NCBI GenBank assembly: GCA_044229145.1
Contig: JBGATO010000030.1
Span: 1-44,806, forward strand
Source: Candidatus Eiseniibacteriota bacterium
GTDB taxonomy: Bacteria; Eisenbacteria; RBG-16-71-46; CAZEPH01
Length of the DNA stretch: 44,806 nucleotides
Reading direction: 5' to 3'
A program made the translations under genes and the position numbers. The notes beneath the pieces are model-generated. The model searched no databases, was not told where the DNA came from, and worked only from the letters and a program-made list of their open reading frames with translations. Positions within the stretch are counted from its first letter, which is position 1. Each line of letters starts with the position of its first letter. This document shows, piece by piece, positions 28,073-38,383 of this stretch.

Positions 28073-30358
28073 GTGAGACGACTTCGCGGCTTCGCCGTCG
28101 CCGGCGCGAGTGCTGCCCTGTGGTGCGCCATCGCCCCCTCCGCGCACGGCGCGGACGTGTGGTCTCCGACGCCGTCCGCCGTGTTGCCGCTGGCCCGCAG
28201 TGCGCAGACCGTCGTCCTCGATTCCACCCGCAATCGCGTCATCATGTACGGAGGCTTGTCCGCCGGCTCGGTGGCGCTGGCCTCCACCGCCGTGATGGAC
28301 TTGGCGACGCACGCGTGGCAGGACTCGGTGGCCACCAGCGCGCCGCCCTCGGCGCGCTACGACCATGCGGCTGTCTGGAACGGCGCCGCGGGGAAACTCC
28401 TCGTCTTTGGCGGCTTCAACGGCACCATGCGGTTCGCCGATACCTGGTCGCTCGATCCGTCGACGATGGCGTGGACGCAGGTCACCACCTCGGGCAGCGC
28501 GCCGTCCGCGCGCTCCGGTCACGTGGCGATCTACGATGCGGCGGGGAATCGCCTGGTGGTGTTCGGCGGCTTCAACGGCACGACGGCGCTCAACGATCTG
28601 TATGCGCTCGACCTCACGAGCAACACCTGGAGCGCGCTCGGCGCGAGCGGTACGGCTCCGGAAGCGCGGCAAGGCGCGCTCGGCGTGTACGATCCGGTGC
28701 ATCGCGCGCTGGTCGTATTCGGCGGCGCCGGCAGCAGCACGCCGTACCTCGGCGATGTGTGGTCGCTCGACCTCGCGACGCTCGCGTGGAGCCAAATCGT
28801 CACGCCGGAGTCCGGGACCGCGGCGCCGGCCGCGCGCGTGGATTGCGCCGGCGATCTCGATCCGCTGCGTCTGCAACTCGTGGTGGTTGGCGGCCGCACC
28901 GGCACGTCGAGCTATGCCACCGACGCGTGGGTGCTCAATCTCTACAACCACCACTGGACCCAAGTCACCGCGAGCGCCAGCGTGCTCGGCCGCGCCAATG
29001 CCGCCGGTGTCCTCACCCGCGGCGACGACCGGTTCCTGATCGCCGGCGGCACCAACGGCAGCGGCACGTTGAGCGATGCGTGGCTCATGACCAACGCCGA
29101 CCGTGCGTGGACGCAGTGGCCGTCGCAGGGCACCGTGCCCTCGAACCGCCTCGACTACTTCTTCACCTCCGACGACACCAACCAGCGCATCTTGCTGTTC
29201 GGCGGCTGGCTCGGCACGAACAAGTCGACGGCGATGAACGATCTCTACCAACTCACCTATCCGAGCGCCGCGTCGCCCGGCATGCAGTGGACGCAGCTGA
29301 CGCAGACCAACCCGCCGCAGCCCCGCTACGGCATCGGCTCGGCCATCGACGCGCCCCGCAATCGCCTGCTGCTGTTCGGCGGCGCCAACCAGGTCAACTT
29401 CACCAGCAACGATCTGTGGGCGATGGATCTCACCACCCGCGTGTGGACGCAGCTCACCCCGATCGGCGGGCCGCCGCCGGCGCGCAACAACTACGCGATC
29501 GTCTACGACGCGCCGCGCCAGCGCATGATCATCCACGGCGGATCGCAGACAGCGTCGACCTCGTACAACGACACGTGGGTCTACGACTGCGTCGCCAACA
29601 CCTGGACGCAGGTCGCGACCGGCACCCCGAAGCCTGCTGCCCGCGCCGGGCACTGGTACACCGACGACGCCGCGCGCGGCCGCATGCTGGTCGGCTCGGG
29701 CTCGAATGGGTCGACGTTTTACAACGATACGTGGGCGCTCGACTACGGCACGCTGACGTGGTCGCAGGTCAACACCACCGGCACCTTCAGCCCCGGCTGG
29801 CAGAGCGTGTCCGGCGTGAAGGATCTCGTGCACGACCGCGTGGTGATCTTCGGCGGCTTCCAGAACGGCGTGTATTCGAACCAGACGTGGGCGCTCGATC
29901 TGGTGACCAACGCGTGGACGCAACTGTCGCCGCTCGGCGTGACGCCGGAGGCGCGCGCGTCGCACCAGATGACGTACAACCCCGAACGCAACTGGGCGGT
30001 CATGTGGGCCGGCAACAATGGGCCCAAGGTGCTCGGCTCCGGCGGCGTGTTCTACACGTTCGACGCGCCAGGCCCGGTGGCGGTGACCGAGCCGCTGCAC
30101 GCGCGCACGACCATGACGGCACGCGCAGTGGGCAGCGGGATGCTGCATCTGGCATTGCCCGCGGCGTGGCACGGCGATGCCACGGTGACCTTGCTGCGGG
30201 CCGATGGCCGTGCGGTGGCGCGGACCACGGTGCGCGGCGGGGCGGCGCGTCTGTGGTCGCCGCGCACCGCGGATGGCGCGGCGCCGGCTCGTGGTGTGTA
30301 CCTCGTCGAAGCGCAGTCTGGTGCGGCGCGGGCCACCGCGAAGGTGGTGCTGTTCTGA
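28073..30358 (+). CDS. Secreted Kelch-repeat protein 2 (12 blades) with CTD tail
   Basis: AAGGAG SD, then GTG 28073. Signal peptide ending ...PSAHG-A. Twelve Kelch motifs. Tail ADGRAVAR...W...RGVYLVEA...KVVLF. Confidence 0.88.
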   Translation: MRRLRGFAVAGASAALWCAIAPSAHGADVWSPTPSAVLPLARSAQTVVLDSTRNRVIMYGGLSAGSVALASTAVMDLATHAWQDSVATSAPPSARYDHAAVWNGAAGKLLVFGGFNGTMRFADTWSLDPSTMAWTQVTTSGSAPSARSGHVAIYDAAGNRLVVFGGFNGTTALNDLYALDLTSNTWSALGASGTAPEARQGALGVYDPVHRALVVFGGAGSSTPYLGDVWSLDLATLAWSQIVTPESGTAAPAARVDCAGDLDPLRLQLVVVGGRTGTSSYATDAWVLNLYNHHWTQVTASASVLGRANAAGVLTRGDDRFLIAGGTNGSGTLSDAWLMTNADRAWTQWPSQGTVPSNRLDYFFTSDDTNQRILLFGGWLGTNKSTAMNDLYQLTYPSAASPGMQWTQLTQTNPPQPRYGIGSAIDAPRNRLLLFGGANQVNFTSNDLWAMDLTTRVWTQLTPIGGPPPARNNYAIVYDAPRQRMIIHGGSQTASTSYNDTWVYDCVANTWTQVATGTPKPAARAGHWYTDDAARGRMLVGSGSNGSTFYNDTWALDYGTLTWSQVNTTGTFSPGWQSVSGVKDLVHDRVVIFGGFQNGVYSNQTWALDLVTNAWTQLSPLGVTPEARASHQMTYNPERNWAVMWAGNNGPKVLGSGGVFYTFDAPGPVAVTEPLHARTTMTARAVGSGMLHLALPAAWHGDATVTLLRADGRAVARTTVRGGAARLWSPRTADGAAPARGVYLVEAQSGAARATAKVVLF

Positions 30359-32604
30359 TCCTCGCACGCTTCCGACGGCTCGCCCTCGCGGCGGCGGTGT
30401 GTGGTTGCACCGCCGTGTCGGCGCACGCCGATACGTTTTCGCCGACACCGTTGTCGGCCGGCGCGATCGCGCGCTCCGCGATGACGGCGATTTTCGACTC
30501 GCTCGACAACCGTCTCGTGGTCTACGGCGGACAAGGCGTGTCCGGCACGCTCAACACCGTGAGCGCGATGGATCTCACGACGCGCGTGTGGTTCGAGCCC
30601 ACCACGATAGGGGTGGCGCCGAATGCGCGAACCGACGCGAGCGCGATCTGGGACCCGCTGCGCAACCGCATGCTGGTGTTCGGCGGCGCCATCGGTACCG
30701 TGCGCCAGAACGATCTGTGGTCGCTCGATCTCGCCACCTTTACGTGGTCGCATCTGTTTCCCGGCGGCACCACGCCGACGGTGCGCAGCGATCACGTCGC
30801 GGTGTACGACCGCGTGCGCGATCGCATGCTGGTGTTCGGCGGCACCAACGGCACGGCGCCGACCAACGATCTCTACGCACTCGACCTGACGACACTCAAC
30901 TGGACGAAGCTGATCGCCGGCGGCACGCTGCCGGAGGCGCGGTCCGGTGCGGCGGCGGCCCTCGACGGTCCGCGTACGCACCTCGCCATCATGGGCGGGA
31001 GCGGCGCGACCTCCGGCGACCTCAACGATCTGTGGTCGCTCGACCTCGCGACGGTGACCTGGACAGCGGTGACCACGCGCGGCGCCAAACCGGCGGCGCG
31101 TTCGCAGCACGTCATGGTCTACGACGCGGCGCGCAACGGCTACTGGGTGTCCGGCGGCCAAACCTCCGGCGGCGCGATGTTCGGCGACCTGTACTTGCTG
31201 AGCGGCTACAACAACCAGTGGGGCGCGATCGCGACCTCGCCGTCCACCACGGCGCGGGCGAAGGCGGTGATGATCGCCGACGCCGCGCACGATCAATGCG
31301 TGCTGTTCGGCGGCACCACGGCGGGCGGCGTGAGCGCCGACACGTGGCTCCTCTCGCCGGCCAAGACGACCTGGACCGCCGTGCCCGCCACCTACGGCGC
31401 GCCGCCGTCGGCACGCACGGGCGCGTTGGTGGTGGCCGACGACGCCCACCAACGCTTCCTGGTGTTCGGCGGCTGGACACAAACCGCCGGCTCGAACCTC
31501 GCGGATCTCACCGCGCTGCTCTATCCCGACTCGCTCAATCCGTCGCCGCGCTGGCAGGCGCTGACCACCAGCGGCGCGATACCCGGCCGCCACGCGACCG
31601 TCGGCGTGGTCGATACCGTCGGCAATCAGCTGCTGGTCTTCGGCGGGGCGACCAACACCAGTGACTATGCGAACGATCTGTGGTCGCTGAATCTCTCGAC
31701 GCTACAGTGGACGTCGCTGACCCCGGTGAACGTTGGGCCGGTGGTGCGCAATAGTCACGTGGCAGTGCTCGATGCCGTGAATCGCCGCATGGTGGTGTTC
31801 GGCGGCATCATTCAATCCGGCAACGCGGTCAACGACACGTGGCTATACGACATCGCCGAGAACGTGTGGACGCAGGCTGCCGGCGACAGCGCGCCGTCGC
31901 CGCGATCGGCGTGCGCGGCCGGCTCCGATGACGTCGGTGGCGGCATGCTCATCGCCATGGGCGGCAACAACACGGCGGTCCTGCACGACACGTGGGGCTT
32001 CAACTACACGACCTTGTTGTGGGCGAAGCTCGCGCCCTCGAATCCGCCGCTCGGCTGGAGCAACCTCTCCAGCGCGATGGACCGCGCCTCGCGCCGCTTG
32101 GTGATCTTCGGGGGACTCAACAACACGCTGTCGGCGGAACTCAACGCGTACTTTCCGGGCGGCAACTTGTGGGTGTCGCCTGGCGCGAATGGGGAGACGC
32201 CGGGCGCGCGCGCCGGTCACGGCATGGCGTACAGCCTCGCGCAGCGCTGGACGATGGTGTGGGGCGGTGCCACCAGCACGACGATGCTCCAGAACGGCGG
32301 ACTCCTCTATCAAGCGCCGCCGGCGAGCGTGACGGCGGTCGAAGAACCGGCGCCACGCCCGCGGCTGGACGGCCTCACCGCGCATGTGCGTGGCGGGCAC
32401 CACGTCCGTTTCGCGGCCACGCCGGCGACGCCCGCGCGGCGCATCGACATCGTCGACGTGAGCGGCCGTCAGATCGCGTCGCTCGCGCTCGCCGCGCACG
32501 CCGGCTCCGTCGACTGGACGCACGAGCGTTCTCGCGGACTCTACCTCGCGCGACTCACCGACGGGTCGCGCACATTCGCCACTACGAAGGTGCTTCTGCC
32601 CTGA
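30355..32604 (+). CDS. Secreted Kelch-repeat protein 3 (12 blades) with short CTD tail; probable CTG start
   Basis: Signal peptide LILARFRRLALAAAVCGCTAVSAHA-D begins at CTG 30355, overlapping the TGA of Kelch 2. Twelve Kelch motifs. Tail DVSGRQIASL...RGLYLARL...KVLLP. Confidence 0.82.
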   Translation: MILARFRRLALAAAVCGCTAVSAHADTFSPTPLSAGAIARSAMTAIFDSLDNRLVVYGGQGVSGTLNTVSAMDLTTRVWFEPTTIGVAPNARTDASAIWDPLRNRMLVFGGAIGTVRQNDLWSLDLATFTWSHLFPGGTTPTVRSDHVAVYDRVRDRMLVFGGTNGTAPTNDLYALDLTTLNWTKLIAGGTLPEARSGAAAALDGPRTHLAIMGGSGATSGDLNDLWSLDLATVTWTAVTTRGAKPAARSQHVMVYDAARNGYWVSGGQTSGGAMFGDLYLLSGYNNQWGAIATSPSTTARAKAVMIADAAHDQCVLFGGTTAGGVSADTWLLSPAKTTWTAVPATYGAPPSARTGALVVADDAHQRFLVFGGWTQTAGSNLADLTALLYPDSLNPSPRWQALTTSGAIPGRHATVGVVDTVGNQLLVFGGATNTSDYANDLWSLNLSTLQWTSLTPVNVGPVVRNSHVAVLDAVNRRMVVFGGIIQSGNAVNDTWLYDIAENVWTQAAGDSAPSPRSACAAGSDDVGGGMLIAMGGNNTAVLHDTWGFNYTTLLWAKLAPSNPPLGWSNLSSAMDRASRRLVIFGGLNNTLSAELNAYFPGGNLWVSPGANGETPGARAGHGMAYSLAQRWTMVWGGATSTTMLQNGGLLYQAPPASVTAVEEPAPRPRLDGLTAHVRGGHHVRFAATPATPARRIDIVDVSGRQIASLALAAHAGSVDWTHERSRGLYLARLTDGSRTFATTKVLLP

Positions 32605-33743
32605 TGCCCCACGCGACCCTCGATTGGACGCCGGTCGGCGACACCCACGCGGCCCTGCGCGCGGTGAGCGGCGAGTTGTACGGCGCCCCATGCATTCTCT
32701 CCTACGGCGATGTCCCCGGCGAGCACCGGGCGATCCGGGAAGCGGTCGGCTTGCTCGACTGCAGCGGCCGCGGCCGCATCCACGTCACCGGCCGCGACGC
32801 CCTCGCGTTCCTGCAACGCATGCTGTCGAACGAGATCGCGTCCCGCGCGTCGGGCGCCGGCTGTCACGCGTTGTTTCTCAGCGATCTTGGACAGATGCGT
32901 CTCGACCTGCACGTGTACCGCGATGCGGACGGCGCCTGGCTCGAGTGCGACGCCGCGCAGCGCGATGCCGTGATCCCGCTGCTCGAGCGCTTCGTCATCA
33001 TGGACGACGTGCACTTCGACGATGCGAGCGCACGCACGGCGCAGTTCTCCCTGCAAGGGCCGCGCGCCGCCGACGTGTTGCGCGCCGCACGGCTGTTGCC
33101 CGAGGGACTCGACGCGCTCTACGCGCACGCCGTCGTGAATGCCGAAACCGTGCATCCGCGCATCGTGCGCCGCGACCGGGTCGGCGAAACCGGCTACGAC
33201 CTGTGGGTCGATGCGGCCGACGCGGACACGCTGCTCAACGAACTCCTGCGCGCCGGCGGACCGTGCGGCCTCGCGCCGGTGGGCGAGGAGGCGTACGACA
33301 TCGCCCGCATCGAAACCGGTCTGCCGCGGTGGGGCGCCGACCTCGGGGAGAAGACGCTGCCGGTGGAGGCGCGGCTCGAGGACGCGATCGACTACGACAA
33401 AGGCTGCTACGCCGGGCAGGAAGCGGTCGCGCGCTCGACGTTCGTCGGACGGGTGCAGTGGCTGCTCGCGGCGGCGACGATCGACGGCGCGCGGGTGCCC
33501 GCGATGGGCGAGGAGGTGTTCAGCGGCGACGATGCGGTGGCGCGCGTGACCAGCGCGGCCTTCTCGCCGCGACTTGGCGCACCGGTGGCGCTGCTACGCG
33601 CGCGTCGCGCGGTGGCGGAGCCTGGAGCCGCGTCGGTGCGTCTCGCGGACGGCGCCGCCGTGCGCGTCGCCGCGCGCCCGCTGGCCTCCGGCTCCGGCCT
33701 CCTGCCGATCGCGCCGCCGCATCCGTTGACGCGCGGCGACTGA
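32604..33743 (+). CDS. ygfZ: YgfZ/GcvT-like folate-binding protein
   Basis: GLLDCSGRGRIHVTGRDA..FLQ, SLQGPRA, GYDL, RIETG, signature KGCYAGQE. TGATG overlap with Kelch 3. Confidence 0.85.
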   Translation: MPHATLDWTPVGDTHAALRAVSGELYGAPCILSYGDVPGEHRAIREAVGLLDCSGRGRIHVTGRDALAFLQRMLSNEIASRASGAGCHALFLSDLGQMRLDLHVYRDADGAWLECDAAQRDAVIPLLERFVIMDDVHFDDASARTAQFSLQGPRAADVLRAARLLPEGLDALYAHAVVNAETVHPRIVRRDRVGETGYDLWVDAADADTLLNELLRAGGPCGLAPVGEEAYDIARIETGLPRWGADLGEKTLPVEARLEDAIDYDKGCYAGQEAVARSTFVGRVQWLLAAATIDGARVPAMGEEVFSGDDAVARVTSAAFSPRLGAPVALLRARRAVAEPGAASVRLADGAAVRVAARPLASGSGLLPIAPPHPLTRGD

Positions 33744-33760
33744 GCCGCGTCCCGCACACA

Positions 33761-33797
33761 CGAAGGGCCGGACGCCATCGCGGCATCCGGCCCTTCG
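33761..33797. terminator. Hairpin (probably bidirectional terminator) between convergent genes
   Basis: CGAAGGGCCGGA...TCCGGCCCTTCG perfect 12-bp stem. U-tract weak. Confidence 0.7.
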
Positions 33798-33815
33798 GTG
33801 TTTCCCTGCGCGAGA

Positions 33816-36800
33816 CTACGGGAGGTAGGTGACCCGCTTCGTCGCGTGCTGCGTCGCGCCGTCGAGCCGGATCACGTAGACACCGGCGGCCAGCGACATG
33901 CCCGCGTCGCCACGCCCGTTCCAACGCACGCTGCTGAAGCCGGCGCGCACCGACTGCGGCGCCAACGTCGCGACGCGGCGGCCCTGCGTGTCCCACACGG
34001 TGACGCGCACGGTCTGGATCACCGGAGAGCCGATGACGAGTTCGGTCTGACGGGCAAACGGATTCGGCACCGCCGCGGCAATCGCCAGCTTCACCGGCGC
34101 CGGCAGGCCGGCTGTGAACACCGCGACAGGATCCGCCTCGAACGACGCGTCGATGGTGTGGTTCGCCTGCACCGCGGTGAAGGTGTACGCGGCCAACGCG
34201 CCGACGCTCGCGCCATCGACCAACACGTCGAGAATGTGATAGCCGCTGTCCGGCGCGATGGCGAACGCCTGGTCGCTGCCGGTGGTGACCGGGACGGCGC
34301 CGTTCGGCGTGATGCTGCCGCCGCTGCCGGCGGTTGCCGTGATCGTCCACACGTCCGGCGCGAAGCTGGCGTGAATCGTGTGGTCGGCGCCTACGGCGAA
34401 GAACGTGTACGCCGCCACCGCGCCGACGCTGGCCCCGTCCACCAGGACGTCGGCGATGTGCCAGCCGCTGGCCGGCGCGATCGCGAAGCCCTGGTCGGTC
34501 CCCGCCGCCACGAACACCGCTCCGCTCGGCACGATGCTGCCATTGGCGTCGGCGTCCGCCGTGATGGTGAAGCCGTCGAGCGCGAACCGTGCCTCGATGG
34601 TGTGGGAGGCGAGGACGTCGGTGAACGCGTAGACCGTCACCGCGCCGACGCTCACGCCATCGACCAGCACGTCCGTGATGTGGTAGCCAGCGTCGGGCGT
34701 GATGAAGAAGCCCTGCGTCGCGCCCGCCGTCACCGTCACCACGCCATTCGGGGCGATGCCGCCGCCCTCGCCGGCGCTCGCGGTGATCGTGTAGGTGTCG
34801 ATCGCGAACGTCACGCTGATGGTGTGGCTCGCCGTCACGTTGCTGAAGGTGTACGACGTGACAGAGCCGACGCTCACGGCGTCGACCAGCACGTCGGCGA
34901 CGTGATAGCCGGCATCCGGCGTGAGCGTGAAGGTCTGCGACCCGCCCTCCGGCACCAAGACGCTGCCGCTCGGCGCGATGCTGCCGTGCGTTCCCGCGGA
35001 CGCGGTGATGACCCACCCGTCGCTCACGAACGTCACGGCGATGGTGTGATTCGCCTGGACATTGGTGAAGCTGTACGCGGTCACCGCGCCGACGCTCGCG
35101 CCATCCACCAACACATCGGCGATGTGGAAGCCGAAGGAGGCGGCGATGCTGTAGCTCTGCGCGCCGCCGTAGTTGAGGGTCGTCACGCCGCTCGGCGTGA
35201 TGGTGCCGCCGGCATTCGCGCTCGCGGTGATGGTGAAGGTGTCGATCGCGAACGACGCGCCGATGGTGTGGTTCGCGGTGACGTTCGCGAATGTGTAGGC
35301 ACCCACCGAGCCGACTGAGCCGCCGTCCACCAGGACGTCGACGACGTGATAGCCGGCGTTCGGCGTGATGGTGTAGCCCTGCGACGCGCCATGGTTGACG
35401 GTGGTGACGCCATTCGGCGCGATCGTGCCGCCGGCGCCAGCGCTCGCCGTCAGCGTGTAGGTGTTGATCGCGAAGGTGGCGCTGATCGTGTGGTTCGCGG
35501 TGACGTTGGTGAACGTGTACGAGGTCACCGCGCCGACGCTGCTGCCGTCCACCACCACACTCACCACGTGATAGCCGGTGCTCGGAGTGATGGTGTAGCC
35601 CTGCGACCCGCCGTAGTTGACGGTGGTGACGCCGTTCGGCGCGATGGTGCCGCCGGCGCCGGCGCTCGCCGTCAGCGTGTAGGTGTTGATGGCGAACGAG
35701 GCGCTGATCGTGTGGTTCGCCTGCACGTTGGTGAAGGTGTACGAGGTCACCGCACCGACGCTCGCGCCATCCACCAGCACATCGGCGACGTGGTAGCCGG
35801 TGCTCGGCGTGATGGTGAACGCCTGCGTGCCGCCCTGCGAGACGCCCACCGCGCCGCTCGGCGAAATGGTGCCGTTGGCGCCGGCACTCGCGGTGATCGT
35901 GTAGACGGTGCCGCCGGTGACGTGCACGATCGCTGCGCTCACCTGCTGGCTGTCCGGATTGACGATGGTGAGCGTGTACTTCTCCGCGCCGATGTTCGGC
36001 GTCGCGCTCGAGGCATTGAGCACGAGATTCACGGTCGTCGGGTTGACGTAGGTCGCGCTGACGACGGTGGGCGGCGTCCCGGTGGCGCCGCCGTTGGTGA
36101 TGGTGGCGGCGAGGTGCCGGTACGGACGCGCCGGCGACGGCAAATCGGTGCCCGGGTCGAAGTAGCCGGAGCCCGCACTCGACACGCCGGTGAGCGTGAC
36201 GTTGACCGTCGCCACGCCGGCCGGGACATCGGCCAGTGTCGTCGGCGTCGCCGGCGGCGGCGCGATCAACTTCGCCATGCGCACGCCGTAGACGTTCGAC
36301 GAACTGGTGTACTCCTGGACCGTCCACATCGACATGTCATCGAGCGGGTCGACGCTGGTGATGCTGTAGTCGCCCCAGCGGCGGCCGCCGCTGCCGCCCG
36401 GGTCGCCCGACGGGTTGTAGGCGGAGGTCGCGGACGTCAGCATGGTGACGGTTTCCATCGTCCCGAGCGGATCACCCGAGAGACGGCCGACCGTCGCCGC
36501 GTTGGCGTATTCGTTGCTGCCCGCGGTGGTGAAGCCCATCGCGACGTGGCCCTGGCCGCTGACCATGATCGACGGCATCGAGTAGTGGCGCTCGGTGGTG
36601 AGGTTGGTGCCGGTGGCGGTGAACACCGTGCCGGACTGCACCAGCGTCGGCGTGCCGCTGCCCACCGGCACGTCGAACTGGTACCAGCGCGCGCCGTTGC
36701 GCGTCACGGTGCCGGCGGCGTTGCCGGTGTTGTCGACGCCGATGTTGTGCGCCGTCCACAACTGGTGATTGCGGATGTGAGCGGTGAACAGCCGGTCATC

Positions 36801-38075
36801 GATGGCGTCGAGATAGCCGCTGGTGCCGCCAGTGTTGCCCAAGTGCGGTTCGGTGAGCGGCGCGTTGGTGGCGGGCACGGTGATCGCGACCGCGGCGTTC
36901 AGCGTCGGCGTGCCGCCCGGATTCACGACGCGGTTCAGCCACAACTTGCCGTAGACCGCGCCGTCGCTCGAGATGAAGTAGCCCTCGGTGGCGCCGGTGT
37001 CGTAGTTGTCGACGCCGCGTGCGGTGTAGGGCCCGACGTAGCCGCCGCCCGCGGTCATCAACGCGCGGAACGCAGTCACCACGATCGGCCCGCCCGAGAG
37101 CACCGACGACTTCTTGATCACGAACACGTCGGTCTGCTGAAACGACTGGCCGGCGCCGCAGAATTCGCTCACGCCCATGTACAGCGCGTTGTTGTCGATG
37201 CCGAGCGAGGGATAGTCGGAGAGACACGTCGAGCCGTTCGAAATCGACGGGCTGACGGTGGCCGGCACGAAGTAATAGTAGGTCCACACCGTCGACGCGC
37301 TGATGATGCCGTTGCTCGCCGCGTCGCTCACCGCGAGCAGCCAGCGGTTCGGCGTCGACACGTTGATGATGGACACGAACCAGCGGTTCGACAGGCGGTC
37401 GTAGCGCACCATCGGATCGCTGGTGGACGACGAGTTGCGCACGCTGGAGAAGAACGTGTTGGTGGACGAGTTGAGCGCGCCGTCGCCGGCGCCCGTCCAC
37501 TTGTTGAAGGTGGCGATGCGGTTGTTCACCGCGACCACGAACTGCGTCGGCCCGATCGCGCCATCGGTGTCCGGCGGGTAAGCGCCGGTCGAATACGAAC
37601 CGCCCGACAGCGTTGCGGTGAGCACGTTGACGCCCACCGTCTGCGGTGCGGTGGAGCCAGGACGCCGATAGACCATGTCCTGCGGCGCCATCGGCGGAAT
37701 CGACGCGACATGTGGCGATGCCGGGTTCTGCGGCAGGTTGTGCCGGTCGAGTTCGTGCTCCGGCGGGAACACCAGGCCGTCGTTGGCCGTGCCGCGCGCG
37801 GCGTCCTCGCGCATGATGTCGGCGGTGGTGCGGTTGACGCCGCCCGATCCCATCACCGGTGTGCCGGTGCGGTCCTGCGACTGCAGCGCGAGCTGCGCTT
37901 GCATGGCGGCAGGCGACGCAGTGACGCGGCGCGCGGCTTCCCGCTCGCGCTCCTCGTCGCGTTCGCGGGGCGCGGCGGAGACGCCGGTGACGGCCAGGCA
38001 CGACGCCACCAGCGCAAGAGTCAGAACGGCGCGCAGGGCGCGACGGGACGAACGTGCGATCGGGCACGCGAACAT
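33816..38075 (-). CDS. Large secreted adhesin-like protein A: uncharacterised N-terminal domain + Ig-like domain + 8 x 74-aa repeats + FlgD-Ig/CTD
   Basis: GGAGG SD and signal peptide. [32 protein letters not shown]. Repeats resemble divergent InlB-B (Flg_new_2-type) repeats. Tail PNPF...[10 protein letters not shown]...WNGR...AGVYVIRL...KRVTYLP. Confidence 0.88.
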   Translation of the reverse strand: MFACPIARSSRRALRAVLTLALVASCLAVTGVSAAPRERDEEREREAARRVTASPAAMQAQLALQSQDRTGTPVMGSGGVNRTTADIMREDAARGTANDGLVFPPEHELDRHNLPQNPASPHVASIPPMAPQDMVYRRPGSTAPQTVGVNVLTATLSGGSYSTGAYPPDTDGAIGPTQFVVAVNNRIATFNKWTGAGDGALNSSTNTFFSSVRNSSSTSDPMVRYDRLSNRWFVSIINVSTPNRWLLAVSDAASNGIISASTVWTYYYFVPATVSPSISNGSTCLSDYPSLGIDNNALYMGVSEFCGAGQSFQQTDVFVIKKSSVLSGGPIVVTAFRALMTAGGGYVGPYTARGVDNYDTGATEGYFISSDGAVYGKLWLNRVVNPGGTPTLNAAVAITVPATNAPLTEPHLGNTGGTSGYLDAIDDRLFTAHIRNHQLWTAHNIGVDNTGNAAGTVTRNGARWYQFDVPVGSGTPTLVQSGTVFTATGTNLTTERHYSMPSIMVSGQGHVAMGFTTAGSNEYANAATVGRLSGDPLGTMETVTMLTSATSAYNPSGDPGGSGGRRWGDYSITSVDPLDDMSMWTVQEYTSSSNVYGVRMAKLIAPPPATPTTLADVPAGVATVNVTLTGVSSAGSGYFDPGTDLPSPARPYRHLAATITNGGATGTPPTVVSATYVNPTTVNLVLNASSATPNIGAEKYTLTIVNPDSQQVSAAIVHVTGGTVYTITASAGANGTISPSGAVGVSQGGTQAFTITPSTGYHVADVLVDGASVGAVTSYTFTNVQANHTISASFAINTYTLTASAGAGGTIAPNGVTTVNYGGSQGYTITPSTGYHVVSVVVDGSSVGAVTSYTFTNVTANHTISATFAINTYTLTASAGAGGTIAPNGVTTVNHGASQGYTITPNAGYHVVDVLVDGGSVGSVGAYTFANVTANHTIGASFAIDTFTITASANAGGTITPSGVTTLNYGGAQSYSIAASFGFHIADVLVDGASVGAVTAYSFTNVQANHTIAVTFVSDGWVITASAGTHGSIAPSGSVLVPEGGSQTFTLTPDAGYHVADVLVDAVSVGSVTSYTFSNVTASHTISVTFAIDTYTITASAGEGGGIAPNGVVTVTAGATQGFFITPDAGYHITDVLVDGVSVGAVTVYAFTDVLASHTIEARFALDGFTITADADANGSIVPSGAVFVAAGTDQGFAIAPASGWHIADVLVDGASVGAVAAYTFFAVGADHTIHASFAPDVWTITATAGSGGSITPNGAVPVTTGSDQAFAIAPDSGYHILDVLVDGASVGALAAYTFTAVQANHTIDASFEADPVAVFTAGLPAPVKLAIAAAVPNPFARQTELVIGSPVIQTVRVTVWDTQGRRVATLAPQSVRAGFSSVRWNGRGDAGMSLAAGVYVIRLDGATQHATKRVTYLP
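34131..35906 (-). repeat. Eight tandem 222-bp (74 aa) coding repeats
   Basis: Consensus [17 protein letters not shown]...GYHxxDVLVDGxSVGAVxxYTFxNVxANHTIxAxF. 1776 bp = 8 x 222. Confidence 0.92.
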
Positions 38076-38240
38076 GAACGAACCTCCGAATACGGCTGTG
38101 GCGTGTGCGGCAAGCGAGGAAGGCGCGACGGCAGTCGAGGGGCGCGTCGGACTCGCGATGGAGCACGTGGGGATGGGATTCGGCCGCGGACACTGGCGCG
38201 CCGCAGGGTGGCGAGGCTTCAGGCCACCGATGTTCCTTCA

Positions 38241-38270
38241 AGGGTACCGGCCGCCGGTCGGCTGGGTCAA
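38241..38270 (-). promoter_or_regulatory. Putative sigma70 promoter for adhesin-like gene A
   Basis: TTGACC-N18-TACCCT, implying a leader of about 160 nt. Confidence 0.45.
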
Positions 38271-38383
38271 CGACCGTGGACGGGTGTAGCACCTTGGTGC
38301 CAGGTGCCCGCCGCGGCCGGATGCGCGACGGGCCGGGCGACGATTCGCCCGGCCCGTCCGACTGCGCGCGCGGCGTCGAGCCT

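Noticed and set aside
28120..30354. N-terminal 745 codons of the 1494 aa ORF (apparent giant protein or overlapping gene)
   Set aside because: Arg-rich off-frame shadow of Kelch 2 caused by GC-biased codon usage. Protein-like sequence starts only at about 30355.
38076..38300. Riboswitch (c-di-AMP/c-di-GMP) or sigma54 promoter upstream of gene A
   Set aside because: Only a short GGTGGC/GCCACC stem. Consensus riboswitch elements are not recognisable, and TGGCAC...TGC has GG-N9-GC rather than the required N10.
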